32,000 bases of DNA from Pseudoalteromonas tetraodonis (GCF_002310835.1 NZ_CP011041.1:240001-272000), one strand, 5' to 3'; numbered from the stretch's first letter, positions 1 to 12,359 are shown. The notes: a model not told the origin generated them from the sequence alone. Program-made: numbers and translations.

Positions 1-1
1 T

Positions 2-49
2 GGCATTTTATTCCGCGCTGTAGGCTTTTTAACTGGATTGGAGATCTGA
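2..49 (+). CDS. secE: Preprotein translocase subunit SecE, 3' end only (runs off window start)
   Basis: Frame 2 reads [15 protein letters not shown] then TGA at 47-49. This resembles the E. coli SecE C-terminal tail (..VRLVSFITGLRF). It sits 4 nt upstream of nusG, as in the conserved secE-nusG operon. Confidence 0.6.
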   Translation, partial: GILFRAVGFLTGLEI

Positions 50-53
50 TCCC

Positions 54-611
54 ATGTCGGATGAGAATAACGAAAAGAAACTACGTTGGTACGTAGTACA
101 AGCTTTCTCAGGTTATGAGAAGCGTGTTGCTCAAACATTATTAGAGCACATTAAAATCAAAGGCCTAGAAGATAGCTTTGGTGAAGTATTAGTTCCTACT
201 GAAGAAGTAGTTGAGATGCGTGCTGGTCAAAAGCGTAAGTCTGAGCGTAAATTCTTCCCAGGTTACGTACTAGTACAAATGGATATGAACGATGCAAGCT
301 GGCACTTAGTAAATAGCACTGAACGTGTTATGGGCTTTATTGGTGGCACATCAGACCGTCCTGCACCCATTAGTTCTAAAGAAGCTGATCGCATTCTTAA
401 TCGCCTACAAGAAAACGCTGAAGCGCCTAAACCAGCAACATTATTTGAACCAGGTGAAGTGGTTCGTGTTACTGATGGTCCATTTGCTGACTTTAGTGGT
501 GTGGTTGAAGAAGTTGACTACGAAAAGAGCCGCGTAAAAGTATCGGTACTTATTTTTGGTCGTTCTACGCCAGTTGAACTTGAGTTTGGTCAAGTTGAAC
601 AAGATAAGTAA
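54..611 (+). CDS. nusG: Transcription termination/antitermination factor NusG
   Basis: 185 aa. N-terminal NGN-like [15 protein letters not shown] and C-terminal KOW-like [49 protein letters not shown]. Position between secE and rplK. Confidence 0.97.
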   Translation: MSDENNEKKLRWYVVQAFSGYEKRVAQTLLEHIKIKGLEDSFGEVLVPTEEVVEMRAGQKRKSERKFFPGYVLVQMDMNDASWHLVNSTERVMGFIGGTSDRPAPISSKEADRILNRLQENAEAPKPATLFEPGEVVRVTDGPFADFSGVVEEVDYEKSRVKVSVLIFGRSTPVELEFGQVEQDK

Positions 612-659
612 TTGATTTAAAGCGTTGTGTTAAAAGTTTCTTAATTTTTGGCACGAAGC

Positions 660-688
660 TTGAAAAAGGCCGCTGATTAACTTATAAT
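660..688 (+). promoter_or_regulatory. Putative sigma70 promoter for rplKA (TTGAAA-17 nt-TATAAT)
   Basis: TTGAAA at 660-665, a 17-nt spacer, and TATAAT at 683-688, counted directly. It lies inside the nusG terminator hairpin. Confidence 0.5.
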
Positions 689-701
689 CAGCGGCCTTTT
701 T
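663..701 (+). terminator. Rho-independent terminator downstream of nusG
   Basis: Perfect 12-bp stem GGCCGCTGATTA (668-679) / TAATCAGCGGCC (685-696) with a 5-nt loop. A-tract 663-667 upstream and T-tract 697-701 downstream. Confidence 0.85.
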
Positions 702-828
702 GTATTCAGGGAAAACGTTTGTTTAACTGTTTACTAAAAAGTGAGAAACCAATTTTTAAACTGGGAAGCCGCTAGAGTACGCGTCCTCGCGCGCACAAGG
801 CTAAGACCCACCTAATGAGGTATTTATA

Positions 829-1257
829 ATGGCTAAGAAAGTTGAAGCTCTAATCAAGCTACAAGTTGCTGCTGGTATGGCTAACCCTAGTCCTCCAGTA
901 GGTCCAGCACTAGGTCAACACGGTGTAAACATCATGGAATTCTGTAAAGCGTTCAACGCACGTACAGAATCTATCGAAAAAGGCGCTCCAGTTCCTGTAG
1001 TGATCTCTGTTTACGGCGACCGTTCATTTACGTTCGACATGAAAACGCCACCGGCTGCTTACTTACTTAAGAAAGCTGCAGGTATCAAATCTGGTTCAGG
1101 CCGTCCTAACACTGAAAAAGTAGGCACAGTAACTCGTGCTCAACTTGAAGAAATCGTTGAGACAAAGAAACCAGACCTTACAGCTTCTGATTTAGAAGCT
1201 GCGGTTCGCACTATCGCAGGTTCTGCGCGTGCGATGGGCTTGAACGTAGAGGACTAA
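829..1257 (+). CDS. rplK: 50S ribosomal protein L11
   Basis: 142 aa, [47 protein letters not shown] at 816-819. Confidence 0.98.
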   Translation: MAKKVEALIKLQVAAGMANPSPPVGPALGQHGVNIMEFCKAFNARTESIEKGAPVPVVISVYGDRSFTFDMKTPPAAYLLKKAAGIKSGSGRPNTEKVGTVTRAQLEEIVETKKPDLTASDLEAAVRTIAGSARAMGLNVED

Positions 1258-1261
1258 GATA

Positions 1262-1966
1262 ATGGCTAAATTAACTAAACGTATGCGTACTATCCGCGAA
1301 AAAGTGGAAGTAACTAAAGATTACGAAATTAACGAAGCAGTTGCTCTTTTAAAAGAATTAGCGACAGCTAAATTCGTAGAAAGTGTTGACGTTGCTGTTA
1401 ACCTTGGTATCGATGCTCGTAAATCTGATCAAAACGTTCGTGGTGCGACTGTACTACCTAACGGTACTGGTCGTGACGTTCGTGTTGCTGTATTCACTCA
1501 AGGCGCTAATGCAGAAGCTGCAAAAGAAGCCGGTGCTGAATTAGTAGGCATGGAAGATCTTGCTGAACTAGTTAAGAAAGGCGAGATGAATTTTGACGTT
1601 GTTGTTGCATCACCAGACGCTATGCGTGTTGTTGGTCAACTAGGTCAAATCTTAGGCCCACGTGGTCTAATGCCAAACCCTAAAACTGGTACTGTAACAC
1701 CTAACGTTGCAGAAGCAGTTAAAAATGCGAAAGCAGGTCAAGTGCGTTACCGCAATGACAAAAATGGTATCATCCATACTACGATTGGTAAGGTTGATTT
1801 CACTGCTGAGCAGTTACAACAAAACCTTGAAGCTCTAATTGTTGCGCTTAAGAAGGCTAAACCTTCTCAAGCTAAAGGTGTTTACTTGAAGAAAGTAACT
1901 ATCTCTACAACAATGGGCGCAGGTGTTTCTGTTGACCAAAGCACTTTAAGCACAGTTGTTGCTTAA
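1262..1966 (+). CDS. rplA: 50S ribosomal protein L1
   Basis: 234 aa, MAKLTKRMR...; starts 4 nt after the rplK stop. Conserved L11-L1 operon order. Confidence 0.98.
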   Translation: MAKLTKRMRTIREKVEVTKDYEINEAVALLKELATAKFVESVDVAVNLGIDARKSDQNVRGATVLPNGTGRDVRVAVFTQGANAEAAKEAGAELVGMEDLAELVKKGEMNFDVVVASPDAMRVVGQLGQILGPRGLMPNPKTGTVTPNVAEAVKNAKAGQVRYRNDKNGIIHTTIGKVDFTAEQLQQNLEALIVALKKAKPSQAKGVYLKKVTISTTMGAGVSVDQSTLSTVVA

Positions 1967-1973
1967 TTGAGTG

Positions 1974-2002
1974 TTTACATGGCGTGAAATTTGTACTATA
2001 AT
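1974..2002 (+). promoter_or_regulatory. Putative sigma70 promoter for rplJL-rpoBC (TTTACA-17 nt-TATAAT)
   Basis: TTTACA at 1974-1979, a 17-nt spacer, and TATAAT at 1997-2002. It lies just after the rplA stop, where the E. coli L10 promoter is located. Confidence 0.6.
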
Positions 2003-2286
2003 TTTGCGCCATTTTGTTGATTAATTTAGTTAATCGCAAAGTAAAGAATTCGGGTTGAAGTCCATAATTTCGAAGCGCCTTTGGGCAACGCGATAAATTG
2101 GGCTTCCGTCCAAGACCGTAGGCGGCTTCGGCCTTAATATTACCTACGTAGACGGTGTGAATCCCCAGATAGATTTTTCCTAATCTTCTGGCTCTCGCCG
2201 TAAAAAGCATCTCCATCTTTATTGATGGGGAAGAGTAAAACAGGGAAGCCGATAAACGGTAACCCATTAAACCAGGAGTAACACCC
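2003..2286 (+). promoter_or_regulatory. Long structured 5' leader of rplJ (probable L10(L12)4 autoregulatory leader)
   Basis: About 285 nt of non-coding sequence between the promoter and the rplJ ATG, with GC-rich pairing segments (e.g. GGGCTTCCG..GGCGGCTTCGGCC). This is the established location of the L10 leader in gammaproteobacteria. The structure itself was not verified. Confidence 0.45.
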
Positions 2287-2781
2287 ATGGCTTTAAATCT
2301 TCAAGGCAAAAAAGCAATTGTTGCTGAAGTCAACGAAGCAGCCAATGGTGCTCTTTCTGCAGTTGTTGCAGATTCTCGTGGTGTAACAGTTGGTGCAATC
2401 ACTGCCCTTCGTAAAGAAGCTCGTGCAAATGGTGTTTGGATGAAAGTTGTCCGTAACACTTTAGCAAAACGTGCTTTTGAAGGTACAGAGTTTGAGTGCC
2501 TTTCTGACTCATTAGTTGGTCCAAGCTTAATCGCTTTCTCATCAGAGCACCCAGGTGCTGCTGCGCGTATCTTCTCAGATTTCGCGAAAAAGAATGAGCA
2601 TTTCGAACTTAAGATGGCCGCTTTTGAAGGTAATGTAGTAGACGCAGCTATGCTTGCAACTCTACCTACATACGACGAAGCTGTTGCACGCTTAATGAGC
2701 GCTATGAAAGAAGCGTCTGCTGGCAAATTGTGTAAAACAATTGAAGCAGTACGTGTACAGAAAGAAGAGCAAGCTGCTTAA
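2287..2781 (+). CDS. rplJ: 50S ribosomal protein L10
   Basis: 164 aa, [19 protein letters not shown]... SD AGGAG upstream. Confidence 0.98.
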   Translation: MALNLQGKKAIVAEVNEAANGALSAVVADSRGVTVGAITALRKEARANGVWMKVVRNTLAKRAFEGTEFECLSDSLVGPSLIAFSSEHPGAAARIFSDFAKKNEHFELKMAAFEGNVVDAAMLATLPTYDEAVARLMSAMKEASAGKLCKTIEAVRVQKEEQAA

Positions 2782-2855
2782 TTTTAAGTTGTTTAATCCC
2801 TTTCGGTGTAAATTTATTTGGACCTTAGAGTCCGTTAATTATTAGGAAATTTGTA

Positions 2856-3218
2856 ATGTCTGTAACTAAAGACCAAATCCTTGACGCAATTGCTGAAATG
2901 TCAGTAATGGACGTTGTTGCTCTAGTTGAAGCAATGGAAGAAAAATTCGGCGTAACTGCTGCAGCTGCTATGGTAGCAGGTCCTGCTGCTGAAGCTGCTG
3001 AAGAGAAAACAGAATTTGACGTAATCCTTACTGGCGCTGGCGCTAATAAAGTTGCGGCAATCAAAGCTGTTCGTGGCGCAACTGGTCTTGGCTTAAAAGA
3101 AGCTAAAGCACTTGTTGAAGCTGCTCCAACTCCAGTTAAAGAAGGTATTTCTAAGGAAGAAGCTGAAGCTCTTGCTAAAGAACTTACTGAAGCTGGTGCT
3201 GAAGTTGAGGTTAAGTAA
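2856..3218 (+). CDS. rplL: 50S ribosomal protein L7/L12
   Basis: 120 aa with an Ala/Glu-rich hinge and C-terminal domain ..[22 protein letters not shown].. Confidence 0.98.
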   Translation: MSVTKDQILDAIAEMSVMDVVALVEAMEEKFGVTAAAAMVAGPAAEAAEEKTEFDVILTGAGANKVAAIKAVRGATGLGLKEAKALVEAAPTPVKEGISKEEAEALAKELTEAGAEVEVK

Positions 3219-3259
3219 TCTAGCTTTTGCTAGGTTCGCTGCCTGAGAAATCAGGCAAG

Positions 3260-3290
3260 GGCTGGTGATTATTTAATCACCGGCCTTTTT
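3260..3290 (+). terminator. rplL-rpoB intergenic attenuator (partial terminator)
   Basis: Stem GGCTGGTGATT (3260-3270) / AATCACCGGCC (3275-3285) with one G-U pair, then TTTTT at 3286-3290. Same position as the known E. coli rplL-rpoB attenuator. A second hairpin, GCGCTATA..TATAGCGC (3291-3320), follows. Confidence 0.75.
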
Positions 3291-3487
3291 GCGCTATAGA
3301 GCGACTATTCTTATAGCGCAAATAAAATCTGATTTATTCTTTAATTTCAACGCTTTATAGTTTGCTAGTGTTGAGGTGGGATTAAGTTGGAACAACAGTT
3401 AAATGTTGTACATCTTGGCATAGATGCCAGTTAAGTCTGTTCTTACTAGAACAGGTCGGGTCAAAGATCAGCAAGCTGAGGAACCCC

Positions 3488-6400
3488 ATGGCTTACTCTT
3501 ATTCTGAAAAGAAACGTATCCGTAAGGATTTTGGTAAACGTCCACAAGTTTTGGATATACCTTTCTTACTGTCGACGCAGTTAGAATCGTTTAAAAAATT
3601 CTTAGTCCCGGACGCTGATGGCGATCATGGTTTGGAAGCTGCCTTCCGTTCTGTGTTCCCAATTAAAAGCTACTCGGGAAATTCTGAGCTTCAATACGTA
3701 AGTTATCGTATTGGTGAGCCAGTATTCGATGTAAAAGAATGTCAAATTCGCGGTGTGACTTATTCTGCTCCACTTCGCGTGAAACTGCGTCTTGTAGTAA
3801 TGGACAAAGAAGCTCCAGGCACAGTTAAAGACATTAAAGAGCAAGAAGTTTACATGGGCGAAATTCCGCTCATGACCGATACCGGTACTTTTGTAATCAA
3901 TGGTACAGAGCGTGTTATCGTTTCTCAGCTACACCGTAGCCCTGGTGTATTCTTTGATAACGACCGCGGTAAAACTCACTCGTCAGGTAAAGTGCTTTAT
4001 AACGCACGCGTAATTCCTTACCGTGGTTCATGGTTAGACTTCGAATTTGATGCAAAAGATAACTTATATGTACGTATTGACCGTCGTCGTAAATTACCGG
4101 CGTCTATCATCTTACGTGCACTTGAGTACACGAGTGAAGAAATCCTAGATATCTTCTTCGATACTACTGCGTTTGAAATTGCTGACGGTAAAGTTCTTAT
4201 GGAACTTGTACCTTCACGTTTACGTGGTGAAACTGCCGCTTTTGATATCAAGAGCGAAGACGGTGAAGTCCTTGTTGAAAGCGGTCGTCGTGTTACGGCT
4301 CGCCACATCAAGAGCATCGAGAAAAAAGGCATTAATCAATTAGAAGTACCACATGAGTACATCATTGGCCGTGTATTAGCGAAGAACTATGTTGATGAGT
4401 CAACAGGTGAAATCATCGCGACTGCAAATGACGAGCTAACGCTTGAAATGATGGCTGAATTGGTTAAAGCAGGTCACACTACTATTGATACATTATATAT
4501 CAATGAAGTGGACAGCGGCGCTTACATGTCAAATACATTAAACATTGACTCGTCAAGCAACCGTTTAGAAGCACTAGTAGAAATTTATCGCATGATGCGC
4601 CCAGGCGAGCCACCGACGAAAGACGCGGCTGAAGCCTTATTTGAGAACTTATTCTTCTCAGAAGAACGCTATGACTTATCAACAGTAGGTCGTATGAAGT
4701 TCAATAGCCGTGTTGGTTACGATTCAGACACAGGCCCTGGCACATTAAGCAAAGAAGACATCGTAGCAGTTATGAAAGTATTGATTGCTATTCGTAACGG
4801 TGTTGGCGATGTTGATGATATAGACCACTTAGGCAACCGTCGTATACGTAGTGTTGGCGAAATGGCTGAGAACCAATTCCGTGTAGGTTTAGTACGTGTA
4901 GAACGTGCTGTACGTGAGCGCTTAAGCTTAGGTGACTTAGACGCGATCATGCCACAAGATCTTATTAACGCTAAGCCTATTTCGGCAGCAGTTAAAGAGT
5001 TCTTCGGCTCGTCTCAGTTATCACAGTTTATGGACCAAAATAACCCGCTATCAGAAGTAACGCACAAGCGTCGTATTTCTGCATTAGGTCCGGGCGGTCT
5101 AACTCGTGAGCGTGCTGGCTTTGAAGTACGTGACGTTCACGTAACTCACTACGGTCGTGTATGTCCAATCGAGACTCCTGAGGGTCCAAACATCGGTCTA
5201 ATTAACTCATTGTCTACGTATGCACGTACCAATGACTACGGTTTCTTAGAAACACCTTACCGCAAAGTGGTAGACGGTGTAGTAACTGATGAAGTTGATT
5301 ACCTATCAGCCATTGAAGAAGGTCAGTTTGTTATCGCACAGGCGAACTCAAACTTAACTGAAACCAATGAGTTTGTAGATGAACTTATTCCATGTCGTCA
5401 CAAAGGTGAATCAACCTTTATGGGTCGCATGGACCAACAATATATGGATGTATCACCACAACAGGTGATCTCTGTAGCGGCCGCACTTATCCCGTTCCTA
5501 GAACACGATGATGCTAACCGTGCATTGATGGGTTCAAACATGCAACGTCAAGCAGTACCAACATTGAAAGCGGACAAACCGTTAGTAGGTACTGGTATTG
5601 AGTTAACACTAGCGAAAGACTCTGGTGTAACGATTGTTGCAAAACGTGGTGGTGAAGTAATGTATGCCGACGCAAGTCGCATCGTTGTTAATGTACATGA
5701 AGAAGAACGCATTCCTGGTGAAGCGGGCATCGACATCTACAACTTAACCAAGTACACACGTTCTAACCAAAATACATGTATTAACCAAAAACCAACATGC
5801 ATGGTTGGTGAACCGGTTACTCGTGGCGATGTGTTAGCAGATGGTCCTTCGACTGACTTAGGTGACTTAGCCCTTGGTCAAAACCTTCGCGTGGCATTCA
5901 TGCCATGGAACGGTTACAACTTCGAGGATTCAATCTTACTATCAGAGCGCGTAGTTGAAGAAGATCGTCTAACGACTATTCATATTCAAGAACTACAGTG
6001 TATTGCCCGTGATACTAAATTAGGCTCAGAAGAGATCACAGCAGATATCCCGAACGTGGGTGAATCTGCACTAGGCAAGCTTGATGAATCAGGTGTTGTA
6101 TATATTGGTGCTGAAGTTAAAGGCGGCGATATCCTAGTAGGTAAAGTGACTCCGAAAGGCGAAACGCAATTAACACCAGAAGAAAAGCTACTACGTGCTA
6201 TCTTCGGTGAAAAAGCGTCTGATGTTAAAGACAGCTCTTTACGTGTACCTAACTCTGTAACTGGTACTGTAATCGACGTACAAGTTTTCACTCGTGATGG
6301 TGTTGAAAAAGATAAACGTGCGTTAGAAGTTGAAGACATGCAGCTTCGCGAAGCGAAAAAAGACTTCAACGAAGAGTTCCGTATTCTAGAAGCCGGTGTT

Positions 6401-7513
6401 TTAGACCGTGCACGCAAGTTACTTGTGGCAGCTGGTTTCGATGAAGACAACTTAGCGTCACTGAATGCTGAAAAGTTACTAACTCAAAGCCTTGCTGAAG
6501 AAGACAAGCAAGCTGAACTTGAGCAACTAGCTGCACAGTACGATGAGCTTAAAGCTGAATACGATAAGAAGTTTGAAAACAAACGTCGTAAAATTACCCA
6601 AGGTGATGACTTAGCACCAGGCGTACTTAAGATTGTTAAAGTATACCTAGCTGTTAAACGTCGTATCCAACCGGGTGATAAAATGGCGGGTCGTCACGGT
6701 AACAAAGGTGTTATCTCGACTATCGTACCAGTAGAAGATATGCCATACGATGACAAAGGTCGTACGGTAGATATCGTACTAAATCCACTAGGTGTACCAT
6801 CACGTATGAACATCGGTCAGATCCTTGAAACACATATGGGTCTAGCTGCACGTGGTATTGGTGAGCGCTTAGAAGAAATGATGAAAGAGCAACGCGAGCT
6901 TCATGAGCTACGCGAATTCATTAAACAAGCTTATGAGATCGGTGAGTCTCGTCAGGTTGTGGATATTGCTAGTTTCTCTGATGACGAAATTCGTCGTTTA
7001 GCTGAAAACTTGAAAGGTGGTTTACCGATTGCTACTCCTGCATTTGATGGCGCGAAAGAAAGCGAAATCAAAGACATGCTAGAGCTAGGCGGCTACCCTA
7101 GAAGTGGTCAGGTTACACTTTATGATGGCCGTACTGGCGATCAGTTTGAACGTCAAGTAACTGTAGGTTACATGTACATGCTTAAACTTAACCACTTGGT
7201 TGACGATAAGATGCACGCACGTTCTACTGGTTCTTACAGCCTTGTTACTCAGCAGCCGCTGGGTGGTAAAGCACAGTTCGGTGGCCAGCGTTTTGGTGAG
7301 ATGGAAGTATGGGCACTTGAAGCTTACGGTGCTGCTTACACGCTACAAGAAATGCTAACAGTGAAATCGGATGACGTGAACGGTCGTACTAAGATGTATA
7401 AAAACATCGTTGATGGTAACCATAAAATGGAACCAGGTATGCCAGAATCGTTCAACGTATTGTTGAAAGAAATCCGCTCACTGGGTATCAACATCGAGTT
7501 GGAAGAAAATTAA
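3488..7513 (+). CDS. rpoB: DNA-directed RNA polymerase subunit beta
   Basis: 1341 aa. Long blocks match E. coli RpoB, including rifampicin cluster [40 protein letters not shown] upstream. Confidence 0.99.
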   Translation: MAYSYSEKKRIRKDFGKRPQVLDIPFLLSTQLESFKKFLVPDADGDHGLEAAFRSVFPIKSYSGNSELQYVSYRIGEPVFDVKECQIRGVTYSAPLRVKLRLVVMDKEAPGTVKDIKEQEVYMGEIPLMTDTGTFVINGTERVIVSQLHRSPGVFFDNDRGKTHSSGKVLYNARVIPYRGSWLDFEFDAKDNLYVRIDRRRKLPASIILRALEYTSEEILDIFFDTTAFEIADGKVLMELVPSRLRGETAAFDIKSEDGEVLVESGRRVTARHIKSIEKKGINQLEVPHEYIIGRVLAKNYVDESTGEIIATANDELTLEMMAELVKAGHTTIDTLYINEVDSGAYMSNTLNIDSSSNRLEALVEIYRMMRPGEPPTKDAAEALFENLFFSEERYDLSTVGRMKFNSRVGYDSDTGPGTLSKEDIVAVMKVLIAIRNGVGDVDDIDHLGNRRIRSVGEMAENQFRVGLVRVERAVRERLSLGDLDAIMPQDLINAKPISAAVKEFFGSSQLSQFMDQNNPLSEVTHKRRISALGPGGLTRERAGFEVRDVHVTHYGRVCPIETPEGPNIGLINSLSTYARTNDYGFLETPYRKVVDGVVTDEVDYLSAIEEGQFVIAQANSNLTETNEFVDELIPCRHKGESTFMGRMDQQYMDVSPQQVISVAAALIPFLEHDDANRALMGSNMQRQAVPTLKADKPLVGTGIELTLAKDSGVTIVAKRGGEVMYADASRIVVNVHEEERIPGEAGIDIYNLTKYTRSNQNTCINQKPTCMVGEPVTRGDVLADGPSTDLGDLALGQNLRVAFMPWNGYNFEDSILLSERVVEEDRLTTIHIQELQCIARDTKLGSEEITADIPNVGESALGKLDESGVVYIGAEVKGGDILVGKVTPKGETQLTPEEKLLRAIFGEKASDVKDSSLRVPNSVTGTVIDVQVFTRDGVEKDKRALEVEDMQLREAKKDFNEEFRILEAGVLDRARKLLVAAGFDEDNLASLNAEKLLTQSLAEEDKQAELEQLAAQYDELKAEYDKKFENKRRKITQGDDLAPGVLKIVKVYLAVKRRIQPGDKMAGRHGNKGVISTIVPVEDMPYDDKGRTVDIVLNPLGVPSRMNIGQILETHMGLAARGIGERLEEMMKEQRELHELREFIKQAYEIGESRQVVDIASFSDDEIRRLAENLKGGLPIATPAFDGAKESEIKDMLELGGYPRSGQVTLYDGRTGDQFERQVTVGYMYMLKLNHLVDDKMHARSTGSYSLVTQQPLGGKAQFGGQRFGEMEVWALEAYGAAYTLQEMLTVKSDDVNGRTKMYKNIVDGNHKMEPGMPESFNVLLKEIRSLGINIELEEN

Positions 7514-7617
7514 GCCAATTAGATGCTGCAGTTAGCGCTGCAGCATCTGTTATGGCTGAATAGAATGTAGGGACGAGAACATCCGTCCTCAAGATTAACT
7601 CCGACAGGAGAGCTAAG

Positions 7618-10600
7618 GTGAAAGACTTACTTAAGTTTCTGAAGCAACAAAATAAGACCGAAGAATTCGATGCAATTCGCATTGGTCTTGCTTCACCAGA
7701 CATGGTTCGTTCATGGTCATACGGTGAAGTAAAGAAACCTGAGACTATTAACTACCGTACTTTCAAGCCTGAGCGCGATGGCTTATTCTGTGCCCGTATT
7801 TTCGGCCCAGTGAAAGATTATGAGTGTTTATGTGGTAAATATAAACGCCTTAAACACCGTGGTGTGATCTGTGAAAAGTGTGGCGTTGAAGTAACACTCA
7901 CTAAAGTGCGTCGTGACCGTATGGGTCATATAGAACTGGCAAGTCCAGTTGCGCATATATGGTTTTTAAAATCATTACCGTCACGTATCGGCTTAATGCT
8001 TGATATGACGCTTCGTGATATTGAACGTGTTCTTTACTTCGAATCATTCGTAGTAACTGAGCCTGGCATGACAACGCTTGAGCGTGGTCAGCTATTAGGT
8101 GAAGAAGAATACCTAGATGCACTTGAAGAGCACGGTGATGAATTTGAAGCGAAGATGGGTGCTGAAGCAGTATTAGACTTACTGCGTGAACTCGATCTTG
8201 CTCAATTAATTGCAGAAATGCGTGAAGAGTTACCTACAATTAACTCTGAAACTAAGCGTAAAAAGATCACTAAACGTCTTAAGTTAATGGAATCGTTCCA
8301 CCAATCAGGTAATAACCCTGAGTGGATGATCATGACAGTACTTCCAGTATTGCCACCTGACTTACGTCCATTAGTACCACTAGACGGTGGTCGTTTTGCG
8401 ACATCTGATCTAAATGACCTTTACCGTCGTGTTATTAACCGTAATAACCGTCTTAAGCGTCTACTAGATTTAGCTGCACCAGATATTATCGTACGCAACG
8501 AAAAACGTATGTTACAAGAAGCGGTCGATGCGCTACTTGATAACGGTCGTCGTGGTCGTGCAATTACAGGTTCTAACAAACGTCCTCTTAAATCGCTTGC
8601 TGATATGATCAAAGGTAAGCAAGGTCGTTTCCGTCAGAACTTACTTGGTAAGCGTGTAGATTACTCTGGCCGTTCTGTAATCACGGTTGGTCCTACACTT
8701 AAGCTTCATCAGTGTGGTCTTCCTAAGAAGATGGCATTAGAGCTTTTCAAACCATTCATCTATGGCAAATTAGAGCGTCGTGGCATGGCTACGACAATCA
8801 AAGCTGCTAAAAAGATGGTTGAGCGTGAAGTAGCGGAAGTATGGGATGTACTAGACGAAGTAATTCGTGAACATCCAGTATTACTTAACCGTGCACCAAC
8901 ACTTCACCGTTTGGGTATCCAAGCGTTTGAACCTGTGCTTATCGAAGGTAAAGCGATTCATTTGCACCCATTAGTATGTGCGGCGTACAACGCCGATTTC
9001 GATGGTGACCAAATGGCGGTACACGTACCGCTAACAATTGAAGCGCAACTTGAAGCTCGCGCGTTAATGATGTCTACAAACAACATCTTATCGCCTGCTA
9101 ATGGTGAGCCAATCATCGTTCCTTCACAGGACGTTGTATTAGGTCTTTATTACATGACGCGTGATCGTATTAACGCGAAAGGCGAAGGCGCCGTATTTAA
9201 AGATCCTAAAGAAGCAGAAAAAGCATACCGTAGTGGTAATGCCGACCTTCACGCTATCGTGAAAGTACGTATTAGCCAATCAGTTAAAAACGAAGAAGGT
9301 GTTGTTGAAGACACTGTAACCGTAATTGATACTACTGTTGGTCGTGCGATTCTGTCTTTAATTTTACCAAAAGGCATGCCGTATGAGTCAATCAACCAAG
9401 CCTTAGGTAAAAAGCAGATTTCTGGCTTAATTAATGAGTGTTACCGTCGTCTTGGTCTAAAAGACACAGTTATGTTTGCTGACCAAATCATGTACACCGG
9501 TTTCCACTATGCAATGAAGTCAGGTGTTTCAATTGGTATCGATGACTTAGTTATCCCACCAGTTAAAGCAGCAATCATTGAATCAGCTGAAGCTGAAGTA
9601 ACTGAAATCAACCAACAATTCCAATCAGGTCTTGTAACGGCTGGTGAAAAGTACAATAAAGTTATCGATATCTGGTCACGTGTAAATGAAAACTTATCAC
9701 GTGAAATGATGGCCAACTTGTCAAAAGACACGGTTATCAATGCAAAAGGTGAAGAAGTAGAGCAACCGTCATTTAACTCAGTGTTTATGATGGCCGACTC
9801 AGGTGCTCGTGGTAGTGCCGCTCAGATCCGTCAGCTAGCAGGTATGCGTGGCCTAATGGCACGTCCAGATGGTTCAATCATCGAGACGCCAATCACGGCT
9901 AACTTCCGTGAAGGTCTAAACGTACTTCAGTATTTCATCTCAACGCACGGTGCGCGTAAAGGTCTTGCCGATACAGCACTGAAAACAGCGAACTCGGGTT
10001 ACCTAACGCGTCGTCTAGTAGACGTTGCACAAGATTTGGTAATCAATGAAGACGATTGTGGCACAGAAGATGGCTTAACAATGAAACCGCTTATTGAAGG
10101 TGGTGACGTTGTAGAAGCACTTCGCGAACGTGTACTAGGTCGTGTTGTTGCTGAGCCTGTTGTTATCCCTGGTACTAATACAGTACTTGTAGAACGTAAC
10201 ATCATGCTTGACGAAAAACTGTGTGACCTTTTAGAAGAGCACTCAGTTGATGAAGTTCGTGTACGTTCAGTTATCACCTGTGATAACGACTTTGGTGTTT
10301 GTGCTAAGTGTTATGGTCGTGACCTAGCACGTGGTCATATCATCAATGCGGGTGAATCAGTAGGTGTTATCGCGGCACAATCAATCGGTGAGCCGGGTAC
10401 ACAGCTTACGATGCGTACATTCCACATCGGTGGTGCGGCATCAAGAGCGTCTGCTGAAAATAATGTACAAGTTAAAACTAACGGTACATTAAAACTTCAC
10501 AACGCTAAGTATGTATTAAATACAGACGGTAAGATTGTTATTACCTCTCGTTCTACCGAGATCACTATCATTGATAGCTATGGTCGTGAGAAAGAGCGTT

Positions 10601-11790
10601 ATAAAGTACCTTACGGTGCGGTATTAACAGTGCAAGACAATGCAGAAGTTCAAGGTAACGACATCGTTGCTACTTGGGACCCGCATAGTCACCCAATCGT
10701 TCTTGAGCATAAATCAAAAGTATCGTTCAGCGATATCGATGATTCAAACACTGAAGCACAGACTGACGAACTAACGGGTTTAACTCGTGTAGTTGTTAAA
10801 GATCTTGCTAAAGCGAATGCGAAAGAGCCAAAGCTTATCATTGAAAGTGATGAGCGTGGCTTGCAAGAAACGCGTCTTCCTTCATTCACTACGATTGAAG
10901 TAACAGACGGCGCGACTGCAAACCCAGGTGACGTGTTAGCACGTATTCCGCAAGAAGGTTCGAAAACTCGTGATATCACGGGTGGTCTACCACGCGTAGC
11001 CGACTTATTTGAAGCACGTAAGCCGAAAGATCCAGCTATCCTTGCAGAAATCACAGGTACGATTAGCTTCGGTAAAGAGACTAAAGGTAAGAAACGTTTA
11101 GTTATTACACCAGCTGAAGGCGATCATTACGAAGAAATGATTCCTAAGTGGCGTCAACTTAACGTGTTTGAAGGTGAACAAGTGTCTAAAGGTGAAGTTA
11201 TCGCCGATGGTCCAGAATCACCGCATGACATCTTACGCCTACGTGGTGTGACTCATGTTGCTAATTACATTGTTAACGAAGTGCAAGAGGTTTACCGTTT
11301 GCAGGGCGTTAAGATCAATGATAAGCACATTGAAACTATTATTCGTCAAATGCTACGTAAATGTATCATTCTAGACGGTGGTGATACTGAGTTCTTAGCC
11401 GGTGAGCAAATTGAAGTGGCGCGCGTTAATATCGCAAACCGCGACCTTGAAGCTCAAGGTAAGATCCCAGCTAAGTTTGAAATCCAGTTAATGGGTATCA
11501 CAAAAGCATCACTAGCGACAGAATCTTTCATCTCAGCAGCCTCGTTCCAGGAGACAACTCGTGTCCTAACAGAAGCCGCTGTAAATGGTAAGAGCGATGA
11601 ACTACGCGGTCTGAAAGAAAACGTAATTGTGGGTCGATTGATCCCAGCCGGTACCGGTTTTGCGTATCATCAAGAGCGTATGGCTCGTCGTAAGCAAAAA
11701 GACGTTGTTGAAGAGCAAACGGTAAGTGCGGAAGAGGCAACTCAAGCACTCACTGATGCTTTAAACGCGGATTTATCTGGAAATCAATAA
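7618..11790 (+). CDS. rpoC: DNA-directed RNA polymerase subunit beta'
   Basis: 1390 aa with a GTG start, as in E. coli (VKDLLKFLK..). Zn-binding [23 protein letters not shown] and catalytic NADFDGD. SD AGGAGAG upstream. Confidence 0.99.
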   Translation: MKDLLKFLKQQNKTEEFDAIRIGLASPDMVRSWSYGEVKKPETINYRTFKPERDGLFCARIFGPVKDYECLCGKYKRLKHRGVICEKCGVEVTLTKVRRDRMGHIELASPVAHIWFLKSLPSRIGLMLDMTLRDIERVLYFESFVVTEPGMTTLERGQLLGEEEYLDALEEHGDEFEAKMGAEAVLDLLRELDLAQLIAEMREELPTINSETKRKKITKRLKLMESFHQSGNNPEWMIMTVLPVLPPDLRPLVPLDGGRFATSDLNDLYRRVINRNNRLKRLLDLAAPDIIVRNEKRMLQEAVDALLDNGRRGRAITGSNKRPLKSLADMIKGKQGRFRQNLLGKRVDYSGRSVITVGPTLKLHQCGLPKKMALELFKPFIYGKLERRGMATTIKAAKKMVEREVAEVWDVLDEVIREHPVLLNRAPTLHRLGIQAFEPVLIEGKAIHLHPLVCAAYNADFDGDQMAVHVPLTIEAQLEARALMMSTNNILSPANGEPIIVPSQDVVLGLYYMTRDRINAKGEGAVFKDPKEAEKAYRSGNADLHAIVKVRISQSVKNEEGVVEDTVTVIDTTVGRAILSLILPKGMPYESINQALGKKQISGLINECYRRLGLKDTVMFADQIMYTGFHYAMKSGVSIGIDDLVIPPVKAAIIESAEAEVTEINQQFQSGLVTAGEKYNKVIDIWSRVNENLSREMMANLSKDTVINAKGEEVEQPSFNSVFMMADSGARGSAAQIRQLAGMRGLMARPDGSIIETPITANFREGLNVLQYFISTHGARKGLADTALKTANSGYLTRRLVDVAQDLVINEDDCGTEDGLTMKPLIEGGDVVEALRERVLGRVVAEPVVIPGTNTVLVERNIMLDEKLCDLLEEHSVDEVRVRSVITCDNDFGVCAKCYGRDLARGHIINAGESVGVIAAQSIGEPGTQLTMRTFHIGGAASRASAENNVQVKTNGTLKLHNAKYVLNTDGKIVITSRSTEITIIDSYGREKERYKVPYGAVLTVQDNAEVQGNDIVATWDPHSHPIVLEHKSKVSFSDIDDSNTEAQTDELTGLTRVVVKDLAKANAKEPKLIIESDERGLQETRLPSFTTIEVTDGATANPGDVLARIPQEGSKTRDITGGLPRVADLFEARKPKDPAILAEITGTISFGKETKGKKRLVITPAEGDHYEEMIPKWRQLNVFEGEQVSKGEVIADGPESPHDILRLRGVTHVANYIVNEVQEVYRLQGVKINDKHIETIIRQMLRKCIILDGGDTEFLAGEQIEVARVNIANRDLEAQGKIPAKFEIQLMGITKASLATESFISAASFQETTRVLTEAAVNGKSDELRGLKENVIVGRLIPAGTGFAYHQERMARRKQKDVVEEQTVSAEEATQALTDALNADLSGNQ

Positions 11791-11818
11791 ACCGAATCTA
11801 ATCAATAGATTAGAGTTT

Positions 11819-11845
11819 CACAAGGCAGTTATCTACTGCCTTGTG
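11819..11845 (+). terminator. Hairpin terminator candidate downstream of rpoC
   Basis: Perfect 11-bp stem CACAAGGCAGT (11819-11829) / ACTGCCTTGTG (11835-11845). There is no clean T-tract (AGCGGTTT follows), so efficiency is uncertain. A smaller hairpin TCTAATC..GATTAGA lies just upstream. Confidence 0.5.
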
Positions 11846-11856
11846 AGCGGTTTAGG

Positions 11857-11885
11857 TTGACAGGTCAATCTTTGCTCATTAAAAT
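11857..11885 (+). promoter_or_regulatory. Putative str-operon promoter (TTGACA-17 nt-TAAAAT)
   Basis: TTGACA at 11857-11862, a 17-nt spacer, and TAAAAT at 11880-11885, about 100 nt upstream of rpsL. Confidence 0.65.
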
Positions 11886-11984
11886 TCCGCCACCCATTTA
11901 CTTGCACGTTTAAAACATGCTGGTAAAACAAGGGCGGATTTTTTATTTTTTTCAGTAGTAATTTTAATTTCAGGAGCTATTTAA

Positions 11985-12359
11985 ATGGCAACTATTAACC
12001 AGCTAGTGCGTAAGCCACGTCGTAGCAAGGTTACTAAAAGTAACTCAGCTGCGCTTAAAGCGTGTCCGCAAAAGCGTGGTGTATGTACTCGCGTATATAC
12101 AACTACACCTAAGAAACCAAACTCGGCGTTACGTAAAGTAGCTCGTGTACGTTTAACTAACGGTTTCGAAGTAACTTCATACATCGGTGGTGAAGGTCAT
12201 AACCTTCAAGAGCACAGTGTAATCCTAATCCGTGGTGGTCGTGTTAAAGATTTACCAGGTGTGCGTTTTCACACTGTACGTGGTGCACTTGACTGTGCAG
12301 GCGTTAGCGACCGTCGTCAAGCTCGTTCTAAATACGGTGCAAAACGCCCTAAAGGCTAA
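11985..12359 (+). CDS. rpsL: 30S ribosomal protein S12
   Basis: 124 aa, [12 protein letters not shown]...[16 protein letters not shown]...[11 protein letters not shown]. Lys is retained at the classical streptomycin-resistance positions. Confidence 0.99.
   Translation: MATINQLVRKPRRSKVTKSNSAALKACPQKRGVCTRVYTTTPKKPNSALRKVARVRLTNGFEVTSYIGGEGHNLQEHSVILIRGGRVKDLPGVRFHTVRGALDCAGVSDRRQARSKYGAKRPKG

Noticed and set aside
325-537. 70-aa + strand ORF in an alternative frame inside nusG.
   Set aside because: It lies fully inside the well-supported nusG reading frame, has no SD, and its product looks like a random hydrophobic/basic translation.
763-2251. Identical 9-mer GGGAAGCCG in both the rplK leader (763-771) and the rplJ leader (2243-2251), each about 40-60 nt before the start codon.
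   Set aside because: A single shared 9-mer could be chance. I cannot tie it to the known L1 or L10 binding structures from memory. It is worth a covariance-model scan but not a claim.
1905-2288. 127-aa minus-strand ORF spanning the rplA-rplJ spacer.
   Set aside because: It covers the rplJ promoter and leader on the opposite strand of a unidirectional ribosomal operon. There is no RBS and no family resemblance. The region is better explained as the structured L10 leader.
3602-11749. Numerous 60-154-aa ORFs on the minus strand inside rpoB and rpoC (e.g. 5986-6450, 10689-11054, 9999-10277).
   Set aside because: They are antisense shadow ORFs of very long, strongly conserved genes. Their products are low-complexity and Ser/Arg/Thr-rich, with no start context or recognisable motifs.
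11887-11955. Terminator-like element in the rpsL leader: CCGCC(A)C .. GGGCGG followed by ATTTTTTATTTTTTT.
   Set aside because: The stem is short, bulged, and encloses a ~40-nt loop. If the promoter at 11857-11885 is used, the TSS falls at or after the 5' arm, so the hairpin could not form. The T-rich tract is more likely just an AT-rich leader or translation enhancer.
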